Positions 1 to 12,993 of a stretch of DNA of 64,000 bases are shown here, piece by piece; positions within the stretch are counted from its first letter, which is position 1, and every line of letters starts with the position of its first letter. Source of the stretch: Antedon mediterranea (lineage: Eukaryota > Animalia > Echinodermata); NCBI RefSeq assembly GCF_964355755.1, contig NC_092679.1:19451432-19515431 (forward strand). The letters are read 5' to 3'. The translations under genes and the position numbers were made by a program. A model generated the notes under the pieces. The model made no database searches. It was given only the letters and a program-made list of their open reading frames with translations, and was not told the DNA's origin.

Positions 1-528
1 CTAGGACGCTTCGCAAGGACTAGTGGGAACCAATCGTAATTGTGTTTGCCCAGGATGTTTATATTATCATATGTTTGAGAGGATTACACTGGATCAATGT
101 AAATTAAAGACACACTGTTTTATTGATCACGTGTACACTTAATGATCCATCATTTTGTGTCTTGACGTTTACTGTCATTTCCGCCAATACTTTAAGTCCC
201 ATTATTAACACCATTACGAGACTCGCAAACCCACACCTATAATAAGCTCAGGGTGTTATTAACTGATTCCTCAACTCCAGCACTGACGTTGATTTACATT
301 TAAATGTTGCTTGAGTCATTTAATTACAGTCCCAGCTACTTATGGTATTTCTGCGATAATTGGTATACGTGTGTTGCAAACATATCGTTTCAGGCGACCG
401 TATATCAATCAATATCAATGCAAATTATGTTTGTATTCTATCATGCTGTCTCAATGATTCAAATTAACTGTCATTGAAAATAATAAATATTGGAATTTGA
501 TTTTAATTTACGTGTGTTATTGGTATTA

Positions 529-795
529 AGCTTGGTTCCCACTAGAACGTAACGCAAGGACGTAAACGCAACGCAAGCGTTTTAACCAATGACAAGCGAA
601 GTTATAGACAGTTAAGCTTGGTTCCCACTAGAACGTAATGCAAGGACGTAAACGCAATGCAAGCGTTTTAACCAATGACAAGCGAAGTTATAGACAGTTA
701 GCAATCACAAGCGAATAAGCCATCGCTTGTGATTGGTCAATTCACTTGCGTTGCGTTACGTCCTTCTTACGTCCGTCGCTAGTGGGAACCACGCT
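529..795. mobile_element. Harbinger-like MITE family A: half copy (529-614) fused to a full copy (615-795)
   Basis: TIR AGC(T/G)TGGTTCCCACTAG, TTA flanks, ~180-bp palindromic unit. Confidence 0.88.
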
Positions 796-1545
796 TTAAA
801 TATAGTCGTATAGAAAATAACACTGTTTCAGGTGATTGCACACAAGCCATTACCGTCAATACTATTTTATATTCAATTAAATTTAAAAATCGAATGTACA
901 ATATACAGTATTGTTCGATAAATCTTTTACGCGTGGCGTGCGAGTGAATTTCGAGGGCTAAAATTATGTGCTTTTCCCCTCACATACTATATATCATAGC
1001 AAAGACTTGTCAAACGGACGTAAGATAACTATTACTGAATAGTCAGTTATTTTATTTTAGTTTAAAACATGTATCTTAAAGGTAATTAAGAAGAATAACA
1101 TTTCTTTTATTTTATAAGATGAAATTCTTTTAATAGTAAAACTACTTCTCAATAATCTGAAAGCATGTTATTAAACAATAAAGCCGTAGATGACATTCAC
1201 TATAACGTGAGATTTTTTTTTAAGTAACCAAAAAGCTAAACAAAAAACATAAAAGTAAAAATATGGCGCCAGAGGCAAAATATAAAGCTCCCGTTACAAA
1301 TATTTCTTCCATAATCTTTGATGAAAATCATAAAAATTAGGATCATGAAAGAAAGACGAAAATCGACGAGAGAAATTTCGACCGACTTTTATTTAATTTA
1401 TTTCGTAATAAAAAAATACATAACAAAATAAAAAACTAAACAAAACAATGTTCAAAATCCAAAAGACTGGTTAAACAAAAAGCGAAGTGAATCACTGTCA
1501 AGTGGCTCACCAAAATGGAAAATGAAAAAAGAATAACATTCTTAA

Positions 1546-1774
1546 AAATGTATTGTCCCCCTGAAAAAATAATTCTTTAAAAAAAAAAATCATTTTTTTT
1601 AACAGGCCATTCTAATGTCACCTAATAGTTATTCACTTTGACCAAAAATTGGATCGAAAAAAACCAATTTTTTTAACTTTAACTTTATTCAACCTACAAA
1701 TAACCTATTATTATTAACTACAAAGTCCTATTAATTAATCTTCATTTTTCATGTTTTTGTGGAACAATACATCT
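1546..1774. mobile_element. Kolobok-like MITE family C
   Basis: TTAA|AAATGTATTGTCC...GGAACAATACATCT|TTAA. Related copies at 6429-6749 and 35786-36150; relics near 11.7-12.0 kb and 38.2-38.5 kb. Confidence 0.75.
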
Positions 1775-2205
1775 TTAATATGAAACTGAGCAAGCTAATT
1801 TAGGCCTACTGTATCTTAAACCCCTTTTTTATTTTTAAATTTAAACAGAAAAGCTATGCAATTCAATTAATTTCATGGATATTAACTTTTACGTTAATTA
1901 TTGTATTTTGCTGGGTTATTTGACATGTTGTAAAATAGATCGACCAATAAGATTACAATTTATACAAGATAGATACATTATTTCAGGTAAAGTAGATCTA
2001 AATGCTACATATACGTATTTACATGTACATTGATAGCGGATTAGCAATTTGGGTATTATATCCATGACACGCCAGCATGAACTCAGGTTTACCCCTTCCA
2101 CAATGCTAAATCCTAAAACATATTAAATAATATTAAAAAGACACCTACGTTTACATAACCATTCAGTTCCACTTTAATCAAATTGAATAAGATTAAGATT
2201 CTTAC

Positions 2206-2406
2206 CTCATTTGAGTTACAACGACCCCAGCATCCATGCACGTATATAACCTGGTCCTGGCACCCTGGCTTTGATGCTATATGTTTCATTTTTGTGTGTT
2301 TGAAACAGTCTGTCGTCGTGCTAGGATCTACAGAGTTCACTGTAGATATTAATACAAAAGGCAGCACGGCCAAAAAAGCATACAATCTTCGATGATCCAT
2401 TCGCAT
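2206..2406 (-). CDS. GPHB5: Glycoprotein hormone beta-5 (thyrostimulin beta), first coding exon; C-terminal exon not found, probably left of the window
   Basis: MRMDHRRLYAFLAVLPFVLISTVNS (signal peptide) followed by VDPSTTTDCFKHTKMKHIASKPGCQDQVIYVHGCWGRCNSNE. KPGC...CWGRCxSxE is the GPB5 cystine-knot signature. Phase-0 donor GAG|gtaag at 2206/2205; acceptor ttttttgttccatttag|G at 2419/2418, 12 nt before the ATG. Confidence 0.92.
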
Positions 2407-3805
2407 AGTACTTCAGGCCTAAATGGAACAAAAAACACATTAAAGAATTCCCAGTTATACGCAACACTAAGTCTGTCGTGTGTCTAAGTACTGAAATTGC
2501 TGTTTCAATAAATCGCTCTCTTTGGTTCTGTATACGGCAGGTCATCCACGCATTAAGTGTAGATGTTATTATCACGCCAAACACGTTCAATATTCCCAGG
2601 CTATTTGAGATTACAAACTGTATATCACAAATTCTGTCAGATTCTGACCATATTTTCTGATAGTACAGAAACAAAATAAAGAATCTTAAAATACGATAGA
2701 GGTTAGGTTAGCAGTTTATTCATGCAGCAATGGCGTACCATATTGTACCTGAACAATTAAACCGTGTATATACTAATTTGAGTTTTTTTATAGACTGTTA
2801 AGTTCATTCAGACGTTATCCAATGATTGTTCCTGTTTCTTTTTTACATGTTACGTTACGTGGTGACTTTCTATTGGCTAAAAGTATTTTTCTGACTTTCA
2901 TGTTTTGTGCAACATATAAAATAAATGTATGTCATGCAATAATGTATTATACATGCGGTATCTCAACTAAAACGAGAATGTTTAGATTATGTTGTCATAA
3001 CTGCGCTGGCATGTATCAGGTTCAAGGCGCTAACAAACGAACGTTATACGCGTGTGTTCAAAAACTGATGTAATATTGTGTAATTATGTGTGTCTTGTGG
3101 TACTACTAACGAATCGCTTAAATCTTCATCATCTTAATTATTATGACAGTTAAAATGAAAATAAAATTAGTAGTTTGTAATGACAAACATTCACTTGACC
3201 TCTGACTTATTGTGACATTAAGTTTGTATGTCAATATCAGTACTTGATTTGTCTTTAGATGATTTATTAACTATACGTACATACTTACGGGCTTAATAAT
3301 GGCCCTATGTATCAGATATATCCATAGGCAAGTAAATGTAAAGACAACAGTGTCAACAGAGTGGATAAAGAATGATGCCATGGTAAAAGTTGAAGAGTGA
3401 TTAAAAGAAATGTAGACGTTGCTGGTTAGAGTCTACGCCTGCATACTATCCTCTGGAACAACCCTTTAAGCTTGGTTCCCCTTTATGACGTAACGAAAGG
3501 ACGTACATGTAATAAAAAGTCATTTGACGAATCAGAAACGACGAGAGTACAGATGATCCATCACTTGTTACTATTGCGTTTACGTCCCTCGTTACGTTAC
3601 GTACGTTACGTTATGTCCTTCGTAACGTTATGTCCTTCGTTACGTTATCTCCTTCGTTACCAGGCTTTGCTGTCACATACACCAGTCTAGTTTGACAGTT
3701 GAGCTCGCGTTTTACTCGCAACAGTTGCGATGTCGATTGGCGCGTCGTGTATCATTGATCGTGTACATAAAATTACGTATCTCTGGAAATATTAAATAAC
3801 ATTAA

Positions 3806-4166
3806 AGCGTGGTTCCCACTAGCGACGCAACACAAGGACGTAACGCAACACAAGTGAATTGACCAATCACAAGCGATGGCTTAAGCGTGGTTCCCACTAG
3901 CGACGCAACGCAAGGACGTAAAGCAACGCAAGTGAATTGACCAATCACAAGCGATGGCTTATTCGCTTGTGATTGCTAACTGTCTATAACTTCGCTTGTC
4001 ATTGGTTAAAACGCTTGCGTTGCGTTTACGTCTTTGCGTTACGTTATAGTGGGAGACAAGCTTTATTCGCTTGTGATTGCTAACTGTCTATAACTTCGCT
4101 TATCATTGGTTAAAATGCTTGCGTTGCGTTTACGTCCTTGCGTTACGTTCTAGTGGGAACCAAGCT
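3806..4166. mobile_element. MITE family A with a second family-A copy (3884-4062) nested inside
   Basis: Outer TSD TAA, inner TSD TTA; outer sequence resumes exactly after the inner copy. Confidence 0.92.
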
Positions 4167-6428
4167 TAACTAAATATAACTTATTGAGAATGTATAATAT
4201 ATTATATTGAATACAATATTACCGAACGTAAAACAACAGTTGAGTTCAACTTTTGTATCATGTTGGTTCATTGTGTTCAAATTTTGTATCATGTTGGTTC
4301 ATTGTGTTCAAACTTTTGTTTAACTTCACATTTAATATACTTATATGTTACTTATATGTTGTATCTTTTTTTTAAGATGGTAGATGAAGATTAACCTGTT
4401 TGGTAGACGGACTAGATCGACTTGGAGACATAGTAGGCCTAAATGTAAGCTTTCAATGTTTGTAATTATGTGATTATTAGCTATTTACCAAAGAGGAATT
4501 ACTGGCTGGTTTTATAGTTCGTCATACATTCGCTAAAAATATGAAATTTAGTATTATTAGTCTTTTGAATTAGCATTTTTGTTTTTGTTTCGACTGCCAG
4601 AGTTCAAAGCTAATTAAAATGGACGTTGTATGAAACTGTAAGCAGGTTATCCAGTGCTACCATAGTAGCCACAGGAAGACTTGGGCATATTTAGATAGTA
4701 ATATGATAATTTTTGGGTTTCCAACTCCAGAAGTAAAAAAAAAGCAACTATACCTACCAAAACTATCGTATATCTTTTAGATATTGAACTCCTTTCTTTT
4801 ATTATTATTTGTTGTTTTTTTTAATGTATTTTTGTTTCTTTTCTGATAAAATCAATAACGAAATGTACATATTGTAACACAATATAGGGCCTAAAAGACT
4901 AAACTTAAAATCCCATTTTCAAAATGGTAACAAATAAGTATGGTGCTGTAAATACATTCTTATAAGAAACATTTAAAGAACCTATGCATAATTGATCAGA
5001 TGTTTGACAAAGCACAATTACGTCAGAGTAGGGCAAACATCTGACCAATTACTTTACCTGACGCAAAGCTCATTCGCATTAAACAATACATCACTATGCA
5101 AATCGCAATTGTTAGGCAAAATCGTTAAAAAAAATTGTTGAAGAGCTAAGTACATAATTATGTAAGTGTGTGGCTTGTGCGTCTAATCTCCAAAACGTTT
5201 ACTTTATTAAACGGATGTTTATTTGGTTAGTTTTCTATAATTTTTATAGAAAACAAGTAATATATAACGTCAGTCAAATTATATAGAATGACAATTAAAA
5301 CAATTTGGTTTTTTGCTGTCGGAAGTAGAGTAGATCACGTCTTGATTAATAGGATATGTAGAAATAAACCACTCAATAAAATTTGCGTCCTTAATTTTCT
5401 ATTATTAAAATTTATCATGCGAAGGCACAACAAGATTGAAGACCGATCATCAAAGGCGGGGCTGGGTTCTGAACTGATCTGTGTCTGAGCCGAGTAAAGC
5501 ATCAAACAATGTATGATTGATTGACTTGACAGAAAAACTGAACACAATAAGGAAAACTCTATTCTTTCGGCTTTCAATGAATACAACCTAAAGATTACCA
5601 CGCAGTTTACACGGCGCCAACGTAATAACGTACGATTGCCTGCGTAATTGGATTACGTTGGATGCTATTGTACCCAAATCAAGTGAAAATGTCGTAACAT
5701 GTATTATTTAATCCAATCAAATTCGTCCACTGCGATAACTTCAACAAAATTAGTGCCTACGTTAGCAATTAGAAAAATCTTGTTATTGGAATTTTATGCG
5801 ATTCCTCTGAGACTCATTGTGTATACTCCCTGAAAGTAGTATTGGGTTTAGAACGCCTTGCTTGCTAACGTCATCGAGTTCTATACAACCGTAGGGGTTA
5901 GGTTAAGTGGCAGGCGGTAGAAAATTGGCGGGATATACGAGATTTATTTTCATCAGTACTTTATATCGGTCATTATTTATTTTCGAATTAAATATAAAAG
6001 CAGATGATTTTAGGAAACATAAAAATGAAATATTTCACAAATACTCACAGAAAAATAGTTTTATTCGTTTTTATTACTTATGCAGGTGCAAACATTTCCG
6101 TTATACGATGTTATTTTAAAGTACCACCTGTGATTAATTAGTTACACATAATTATTGTATGTTATCAATGTAAATCAAACATCAAAATGAAGTTCAAGCG
6201 AGGTTTTATTTTTATTTTCAGCAGGCGGTTCGAATATTTAATATATAAACATGATTCAGTAACTGAAAAGTAATATAAAACGGTTATAATTGCATAAATT
6301 ATACTCTGCAGTTCTATGGTTTTAATTACTCTGTTTTGGTTAATTTCTTTCGACTAGACCTTTTTAGACCTGCTAGATTCTTGAAGTGTACGATTTTTAA
6401 TGAACAAAATAAACACTGTCGATGTTAA

Positions 6429-6749
6429 AGATGTATTGTTCCCCAAAAACATGAAAAAATGAAGATTAATTAAAGACTTTGAATACGTTATGTTGTAGTT
6501 TTAATCAAGTTAATTACTTCCGTAGAAAAAAACCCGAGAAAATATAATGTTTTCACTTTTTTAAAAAATGGTTAAATTCAACCAATTTGACTATTTTTTG
6601 CTTTAAATTACAGTTTTTCAGGTAAATTCACTTGTTTTCAATCTAATTTTTGGTCAAGAAGGATAACTATTTTATGGGACATTAAAATGGCATATTTAAC
6701 ACACAAAAAAAATGTTCAAGAATTATTTTTTCAGAAGGACAATACATTT
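6429..6749. mobile_element. Kolobok-like MITE family C
   Basis: TTAA|AGATGTATTGTTCC...GGACAATACATTT|TTAA. Confidence 0.75.
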
Positions 6750-6786
6750 TTAATAAAAAGGGAAAAAAATTGTATATGAAGATATG

Positions 6787-7072
6787 AAAATGCAAGTTAT
6801 GCTTTTTGGTTATTGAGTGTACATTTGGATCGGACAGTGTCAACAGAAATCCCATAGCATATCTTGTGAATTGAACCAATAATTCTGGTTTATAAGAACG
6901 TAACTCGTAGAGGGATAAGATATTTGAACGATAGAAGATAACTATTTGGATATAAGAAAATGCAAGTTCTGTTATTTAGATATTGAGTGTAAATATGAAA
7001 AGGCAGTGTCAACGGAAATAAATCTTATAGAATTTGTTATGAATTGAACCAAGAATTCTGGTTTGTAAGGAA
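6787..7072. repeat. Two-copy diverged tandem repeat (~170 bp)
   Basis: aaaatgcaagtt...gtgtcaac...tgaattgaacca...aattctggttt occurs twice. Confidence 0.8.
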
Positions 7073-7773
7073 GTACCCCTTATTGTAGCAACATTTGAAT
7101 GGCAAATTACCTAATTTAATTGTCGATTGTGAACGATACGTAACTTTATTAAATATGTACAACTTTTAACAAGATATTAATCTCCAAAGTAAAATAGACC
7201 TTATAGATTAATACCACATTTACTACTCAGTCAACGTACCTTAAAATGTCCTTAATCCCCCACAAAATCTCCAATATTATGCTCAATTTCTAAAGATATT
7301 TTGTCTGCTTGTCTGATAGGATGGTCTGCCTCTTTACCATGAGTTGTCAATGTTCTTCCAAAGGTGTACAGAATAATCAAAATATATCATTTCTTGTCAA
7401 GATTATAACGCGCATGTCACTCTGCTGGATGTCAATACTGGTCAAATATATTTTTGTCTTCTTGATAATCAAATTAATGAATGATTTTTACGTATACATT
7501 GGTTACGTTTCAATATTGGTATACTTTTGTCTTGTGATGCTAACGAACGCGTCTGTGGCTTAACCTCACTATCCTTTACGATTGAATGCACTGTTAGATA
7601 TATTTGAACTTGGGTTGTAATTTAGAGATAACTCCGTAATTAAACATGGCATTAGCTGTTAACAAGGAGTCGGTGAGGTAGCTATGAGTGGATGGACTTT
7701 GGGATCTGTACACATAGTTGTGATCACTTGATCTTTGTTTATTACTGTAATTATTAGATATTTACTTATTTAA

Positions 7774-7930
7774 GTCAAGTGACCGAGTGGTTAAGGCAGG
7801 GACGTAGCAATAAAACCGTAGTTCGGAGGTAGAAGAAGTCTTTTCGGATAAGGACCAGTGTACATAATGTGACTTTAAAGAATCCGGTGCATCTTTCGAA
7901 AGAGTGGGTTAACCCGGTGTAGGCCTACTG
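7774..7930 (+). mobile_element. tRNA-derived SINE relic (Nin-domain-like)
   Basis: gtcaagtgaccgagtggttaaggcaggg...agtcttttcggataaggac...ttaaagaatcc...cccggtgt. Confidence 0.62.
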
Positions 7931-8088
7931 TTCCATCTCACCCACTGTCGCTGCACTGTGGTTGTCGTGGATGTAACGTTTCTCAACAGTCATATGACAA
8001 TCCATGATACAATGTTTATCTATGCTTAATTCACTTAGGGGGAGGAGGTGGGGGACGAGATACATCAGACCTTACATTGAGGCTTTAA

Positions 8089-8666
8089 AGCTCAGGTACA
8101 GGCATGAATTTTAAATATAATATTTGGTTAATTGTACATAAATCAAATATTTGTAACAGAAATCGAGACGAAAAAACATGAATTTCCCTTAATATGGTCA
8201 AATACAAAATTTGGCAAAAATTCTTCCATAAAAAACAGAAAGACTTTTTTTCAGTAGTTAGGTAGTTAACCTAATGTAATAACATGTCTGGTGACTCCCT
8301 AGACGGTGAAAAAAGATGGTGGATATACAGTGGATAATTTTTGCTATAGCATGAAAATAAAAAGTTGAAGTTGAATAAAAATATCAGAAATGTAAAATTC
8401 AAGTTATATTACCTATATTTAGTCATCTGATAACACTTTTTACCACACCGTTTATTTTTCATAGCTTTTTAAAATGCCTCTCTATTTACAAAATTTGTGT
8501 ACAAAAGAATAGAGATTTTACTGTGTAACTGATAAGAAAGTGCTTATTTTCAACAAGCTTGTGTAACACAAATAAAATCCCAAAAATTATGAAACATAGG
8601 GGAAACTATAGATCGATAATTAATGGAATGTATGATCAATAGAAATTTTTTGCCCGCACCTGGCCT
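8089..8666. mobile_element. Kolobok-like non-autonomous element
   Basis: TTAA|AGCTCAGGTACAGGCA...TGCCCGCACCTGGCCT|TTAA. Confidence 0.65.
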
Positions 8667-10859
8667 TTAAAGTGCACTGAAAAGATAGATTTAAACTTTT
8701 ATAGCGCATGCTTAGTTGTCGAAGATATATATAACATGACGTCACTAACATACAACACCCGTAATTTCGCTAAGAAAATAAAGCTCCGTATAAAAAGATT
8801 TACCAATGCTAAGAAATGTTGTTCAAACATTACGGATAGAAATATTGGGCGTTTCTACGAATCGGTAAATAAATAAAGTTACTAATTTTATAAAAGGGAA
8901 GTTAATATAGGATGTTAAATTATTGTTGGCCATTTGTCGTCATGCAAAGTAACTGTTTGTTTTTTTTTTACAATTATAGACGGCAAAGTATTTCGGCCTT
9001 CTCAAATAAACGTTTATATTGATCAGAGTGTGATTTAATGGCGTTTAATCGGTTCGGTTCCACAAAGTAATCTACTGATAGACGAGTAAAACATTACTAC
9101 AAATTTTATAAATATAAATACAAGATCCGTGTCTGGAAAGTTACTCTCTCAGCTGTGTATTGAATGTATTACTGTTTCATAATGGACATTTACCATTTAA
9201 TGCATACGAAATAAGTTGTCTTACGTTTTAAAAAACGTAAGTTATCCAGGAAGGCAAATAGCCAACACATTTCTATTATAGGTTTATGAATTGATTTTAT
9301 TGCTCGACTTATATTGATTTATAACATTTCTCATGTCAACTGTTTCATTAAATGTATTTGAATTTGTACATCAAGTAGAATTGCGTATCTCCAGAGACCA
9401 CTAAGATCCACTATAGGCATTTTTTTTCAATATACAAAACGTGAATGCATGTGTGGCATCAGCTTAGAAAATCTTGAAAATTATGGCAACAGAAATGTTA
9501 ATTAGTAAATTATTGAATACAACATCAGGTTGTATCAACCAAAATTATTGTTATTAGGTTTTAGTAGCAAAGTTACATTAGTTTAGAAAGGTCAAAACAG
9601 TGATATAAGACAAAAAGTCATGTATTTTGAAACCACGTGTCGCTTTAAACTTGATCTTTCCTTCTCCTTTCTTTATTTTCTTACGTTGCGTCTCAGTGTG
9701 AATCAAGCTTAAGAAGAACTAACACAAAATTCATCCGCAGAAAAGATTATAACCCCTTTCAGACACACAGTCACCTCTGGCAAAACTTCTACAATCAAAA
9801 ACTGTCGTTTTCTTCCCACAATTTATTTATTACTTTGTGTGATGCTTTCCTTTCCGTATATATTGAAACGAAAACGTAATGTTTTCAGTAATATAACATT
9901 CCCTTTAACTACCCACTTTTATACCGCTAGCATTACTTTATTGTTACTTTACCCATTTACCTACATTTGTTTGTCTCGTCATGTCTCCGGAACTAGAACA
10001 ACTTAAATTAATTTCCTAAAACTGCTTGTTTTTCTCTTATTTGCAAATATTATAAACAAAATGAAACGGTGTACTGTAATTAAGTAAATGGGAAACAATG
10101 ATTATTATGTATCGACACTACAAAGATCCTTAGGGCGTACCGCTTTGATTAAAAGGTATGGTTTTGATTTATACGTCTGAATATGCGTTCTAGTTTCTAG
10201 GTAATGGTGTTTAACAATACATTTAGATATGTTTTATACTTATAAGCTTTTGTTCCCACTAGGACGCGACACAAGGACGTAAGGACAACGAATGTACTTT
10301 GACCAATCACGACGGGTCATCCGAACTCTCGGTTGTGATTGGTCAACTCACTTGCGTTATGCTTACATCGTTGCCTTGCGTCCAAGTGTATGCAGTGACC
10401 AGGCTTTCGTGCTTTATAATTTAATGGTTTAATTTCTTCCAAACTTGTTTCTTTGAAAAGTTAGTGTTATTACTCTTGTCGTGTGTTACTAAAACATGAT
10501 AAAGAAGATATACGGTCTGTTAATATGTCATTATCGGTACGACATGACAAGCCTCCCAATGATCATTAATGTCGGTGGTTTTTCTATTTGATTGTCTTCA
10601 TTATTCTTTGAATCACCTACTTACCACGGGTGATGATGCACAAAATAGCTTCAAATAGAAAAGCAAAATAATGTATCGTATGGTTGTTGTACATTTTAGT
10701 GATTAATTTACGTTTCTTTGATTAACTATGTTTTAATAACATCAGTATCTTTAGAGAATGTTCAGAGTAGGGCAAACATCTGACAATATTGCCATAGCTT
10801 CCTAAAGGCAAAGCTACATTGCAGTTATCATCTTGTTGGCAGTTCCCGCTGTTCTTCTG

Positions 10860-11294
10860 CACTGTAAAAATAGTATTTAGATCCTAAACATATTATAGTG
10901 TGTACCCACGTTTTCCACACATTTAGCCTTGAACATGTTCAGATCTGAAATATGTTTAGGTTCTAAACACATTCTAAACATATTGTTCTACCTAACTCAA
11001 CACATCAGTGATTGATTGTTAAACATGTGGAGCAATATAATGACACGTTTAGGTTTGAAACGTGTTAAATTTTTCATGTGTGGAGCATGTGTGGAACTTT
11101 TTTTCCGCCACAGTAAAATCATAATGCACCCAACGCTAAACACGTTCCTGAACATGTTGACTGCTACACATGTGGAGAAATTGAACATAATAGTGACATG
11201 TTGGAAAACAACATGTAGCTATAAACACATTTAGGTTTTAAACGCACTAAACATGTAACTACGTTTTAAAAAGCTCCACACTGTTTTTACAGTG
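10860..11294. mobile_element. CACTA/EnSpm-like non-autonomous element
   Basis: TG|CACTGTAAAAA...TTTTTACAGTG|TG; 2-bp TSD and many internal short inverted AACATG/CATGTT motifs. Confidence 0.75.
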
Positions 11295-12785
11295 TGAATC
11301 CAACCCTGGCCATAAGAGCAAACTCGGTAGTATAGAGGTATGAACGACAGACTAGTGATCTCGAGGACGTGGTTTTGGGGCACATTTCCTATCCTTTTTC
11401 ATTCAACACTAAACATTCGCCTGACGCAGTAAGAAATTACAGTAGGCTATTCCCTCAGTCAGTATTATTTAGATTATACCAAATTGATGAACTAACTGTA
11501 ATACAAATTGACGTCATATGTGTTTTATGTTGTTAACCCTTTACCAACCGTATTTATTCCAGTATCCAGGACTCTTTCCCGTGCAACGAAAAGTAGAGTA
11601 GAACCCTTCCCTTTGGGACATCCCTATTACGGAGACTAGTGACAGGAACTAGAGGTAATATATGTTTTAACATTACGGCCAATGACACCCCTTTTCAGGG
11701 GACAACTCTAATATTTTTTTTTAAATCCATATACAAAACAAAAAAAAGAAAAAATGTCAACAATTTTATTTATTTTTTTATAAAATGACAAAATAAATGG
11801 TCCATTTCGACCAAAAACCCATTGGCTTGGCAGCCAATTTGATTTGAAGTTTTTTTTTCAGGTAAATAATTTTTTTTCTATTCAATTTTTAATCAAAGTG
11901 GATAACTATTATGTAAATTTAATATGGCATATTTTAAAAAAAATTAAAAATATTTTTTTCAGTGGGATAATACATGCACATTTAAAAACTTACAGATTAA
12001 CTACAATCATCACATCTTAAGGTACTTTACAAAAAGCAATCTCCCCTACCCCTCTGTGGGTCTCAACTTTATAAATAAATAATTGTTTTAATGCGGCTGA
12101 TTGTAGTCTTTCAAACCAAACGGCTGATCTAAACAAAATTGCCTAATTAGGAACAAATAGCAAATGAATCATTTAAAAGATACATCACACAAAATGAGTC
12201 AAATTGCCGCTGGCAAATGTGTATTGCTAAATTAAAATATAGACGCTATATGTCTTCAAAGATTAAAAATGAAACAGAAATAGCCTGTGTAATTTGTCTA
12301 AATTAAGAAGACAAATTGATTGAAGAACAAAGCTTGTTTAATGATGTTATACATTTTGTAGGTATAGATGCGCTTAATAGCAATAAAACGAGCGGCTTAA
12401 CATATGCGCATGGTACACAATAAACCAATCGATGTTCTGGTAGTGATCGTTACTACTGGTTTCTAAGTGTATATAATTATTTAATTTTTTAATGCTTTTG
12501 TAATCAATAACAAAATAAAGATCTTCTTTTATAAATCAGAACAACAAAAATTAACTTCCACAAATCAAAAATAATGATAAAGAGTACACGCCTCACGTTA
12601 GTATGTTTTCACAATCTTAAACGTTAAACGTTTCCAAAAGGGTATTATATAGTTAGTTCGATCTTAGATATAGTTATTCAAGCTTTGATTGTTAGTTTGC
12701 CTGTGATGTTGGTTGCGTTGTTTTTTATATCATTAAAAACTATTATTTTCTTTCTTAAACAAAATGTGTTTTCTTTTTTTTATTA

Positions 12786-12993
12786 AGCTTGGTTCCCACT
12801 AGGACGCAACACAAGGACGTAAGCGCAACGTAAGTTATTTGACCAATCACAAGCTATGGATTATTCGAACTGTCGCTTGTCGTTGGTTTACTGTGTTTAC
12901 GTCCTTTCGCTGCGTCTCTATCTTCATCGTCATCGTTGTAATTTCCCACAATCATTGTGTTGATTATCACGGAACTATAGTGGGAACCAAGCT
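12786..12993. mobile_element. MITE family A variant
   Basis: TTA|AGCTTGGTTCCCACTAG...TAGTGGGAACCAAGCT|TTA. Other diverged copies at about 3469-3666, 10245-10405 and 20704-20856. Confidence 0.85.

Noticed and set aside
1-2205. C-terminal GPB5 exon within the window
   Set aside because: No minus-strand segment with the expected remaining cysteine pattern was found by eye; it probably lies left of position 1.
2113-2406. Bursicon or gremlin identity for the cystine-knot ORF, and its 97-aa length
   Set aside because: The KPGC/CWGRCxSxE motif and pairing with GPA2 fit GPB5; residues after NSNE are intron read-through past the GTAAG donor.
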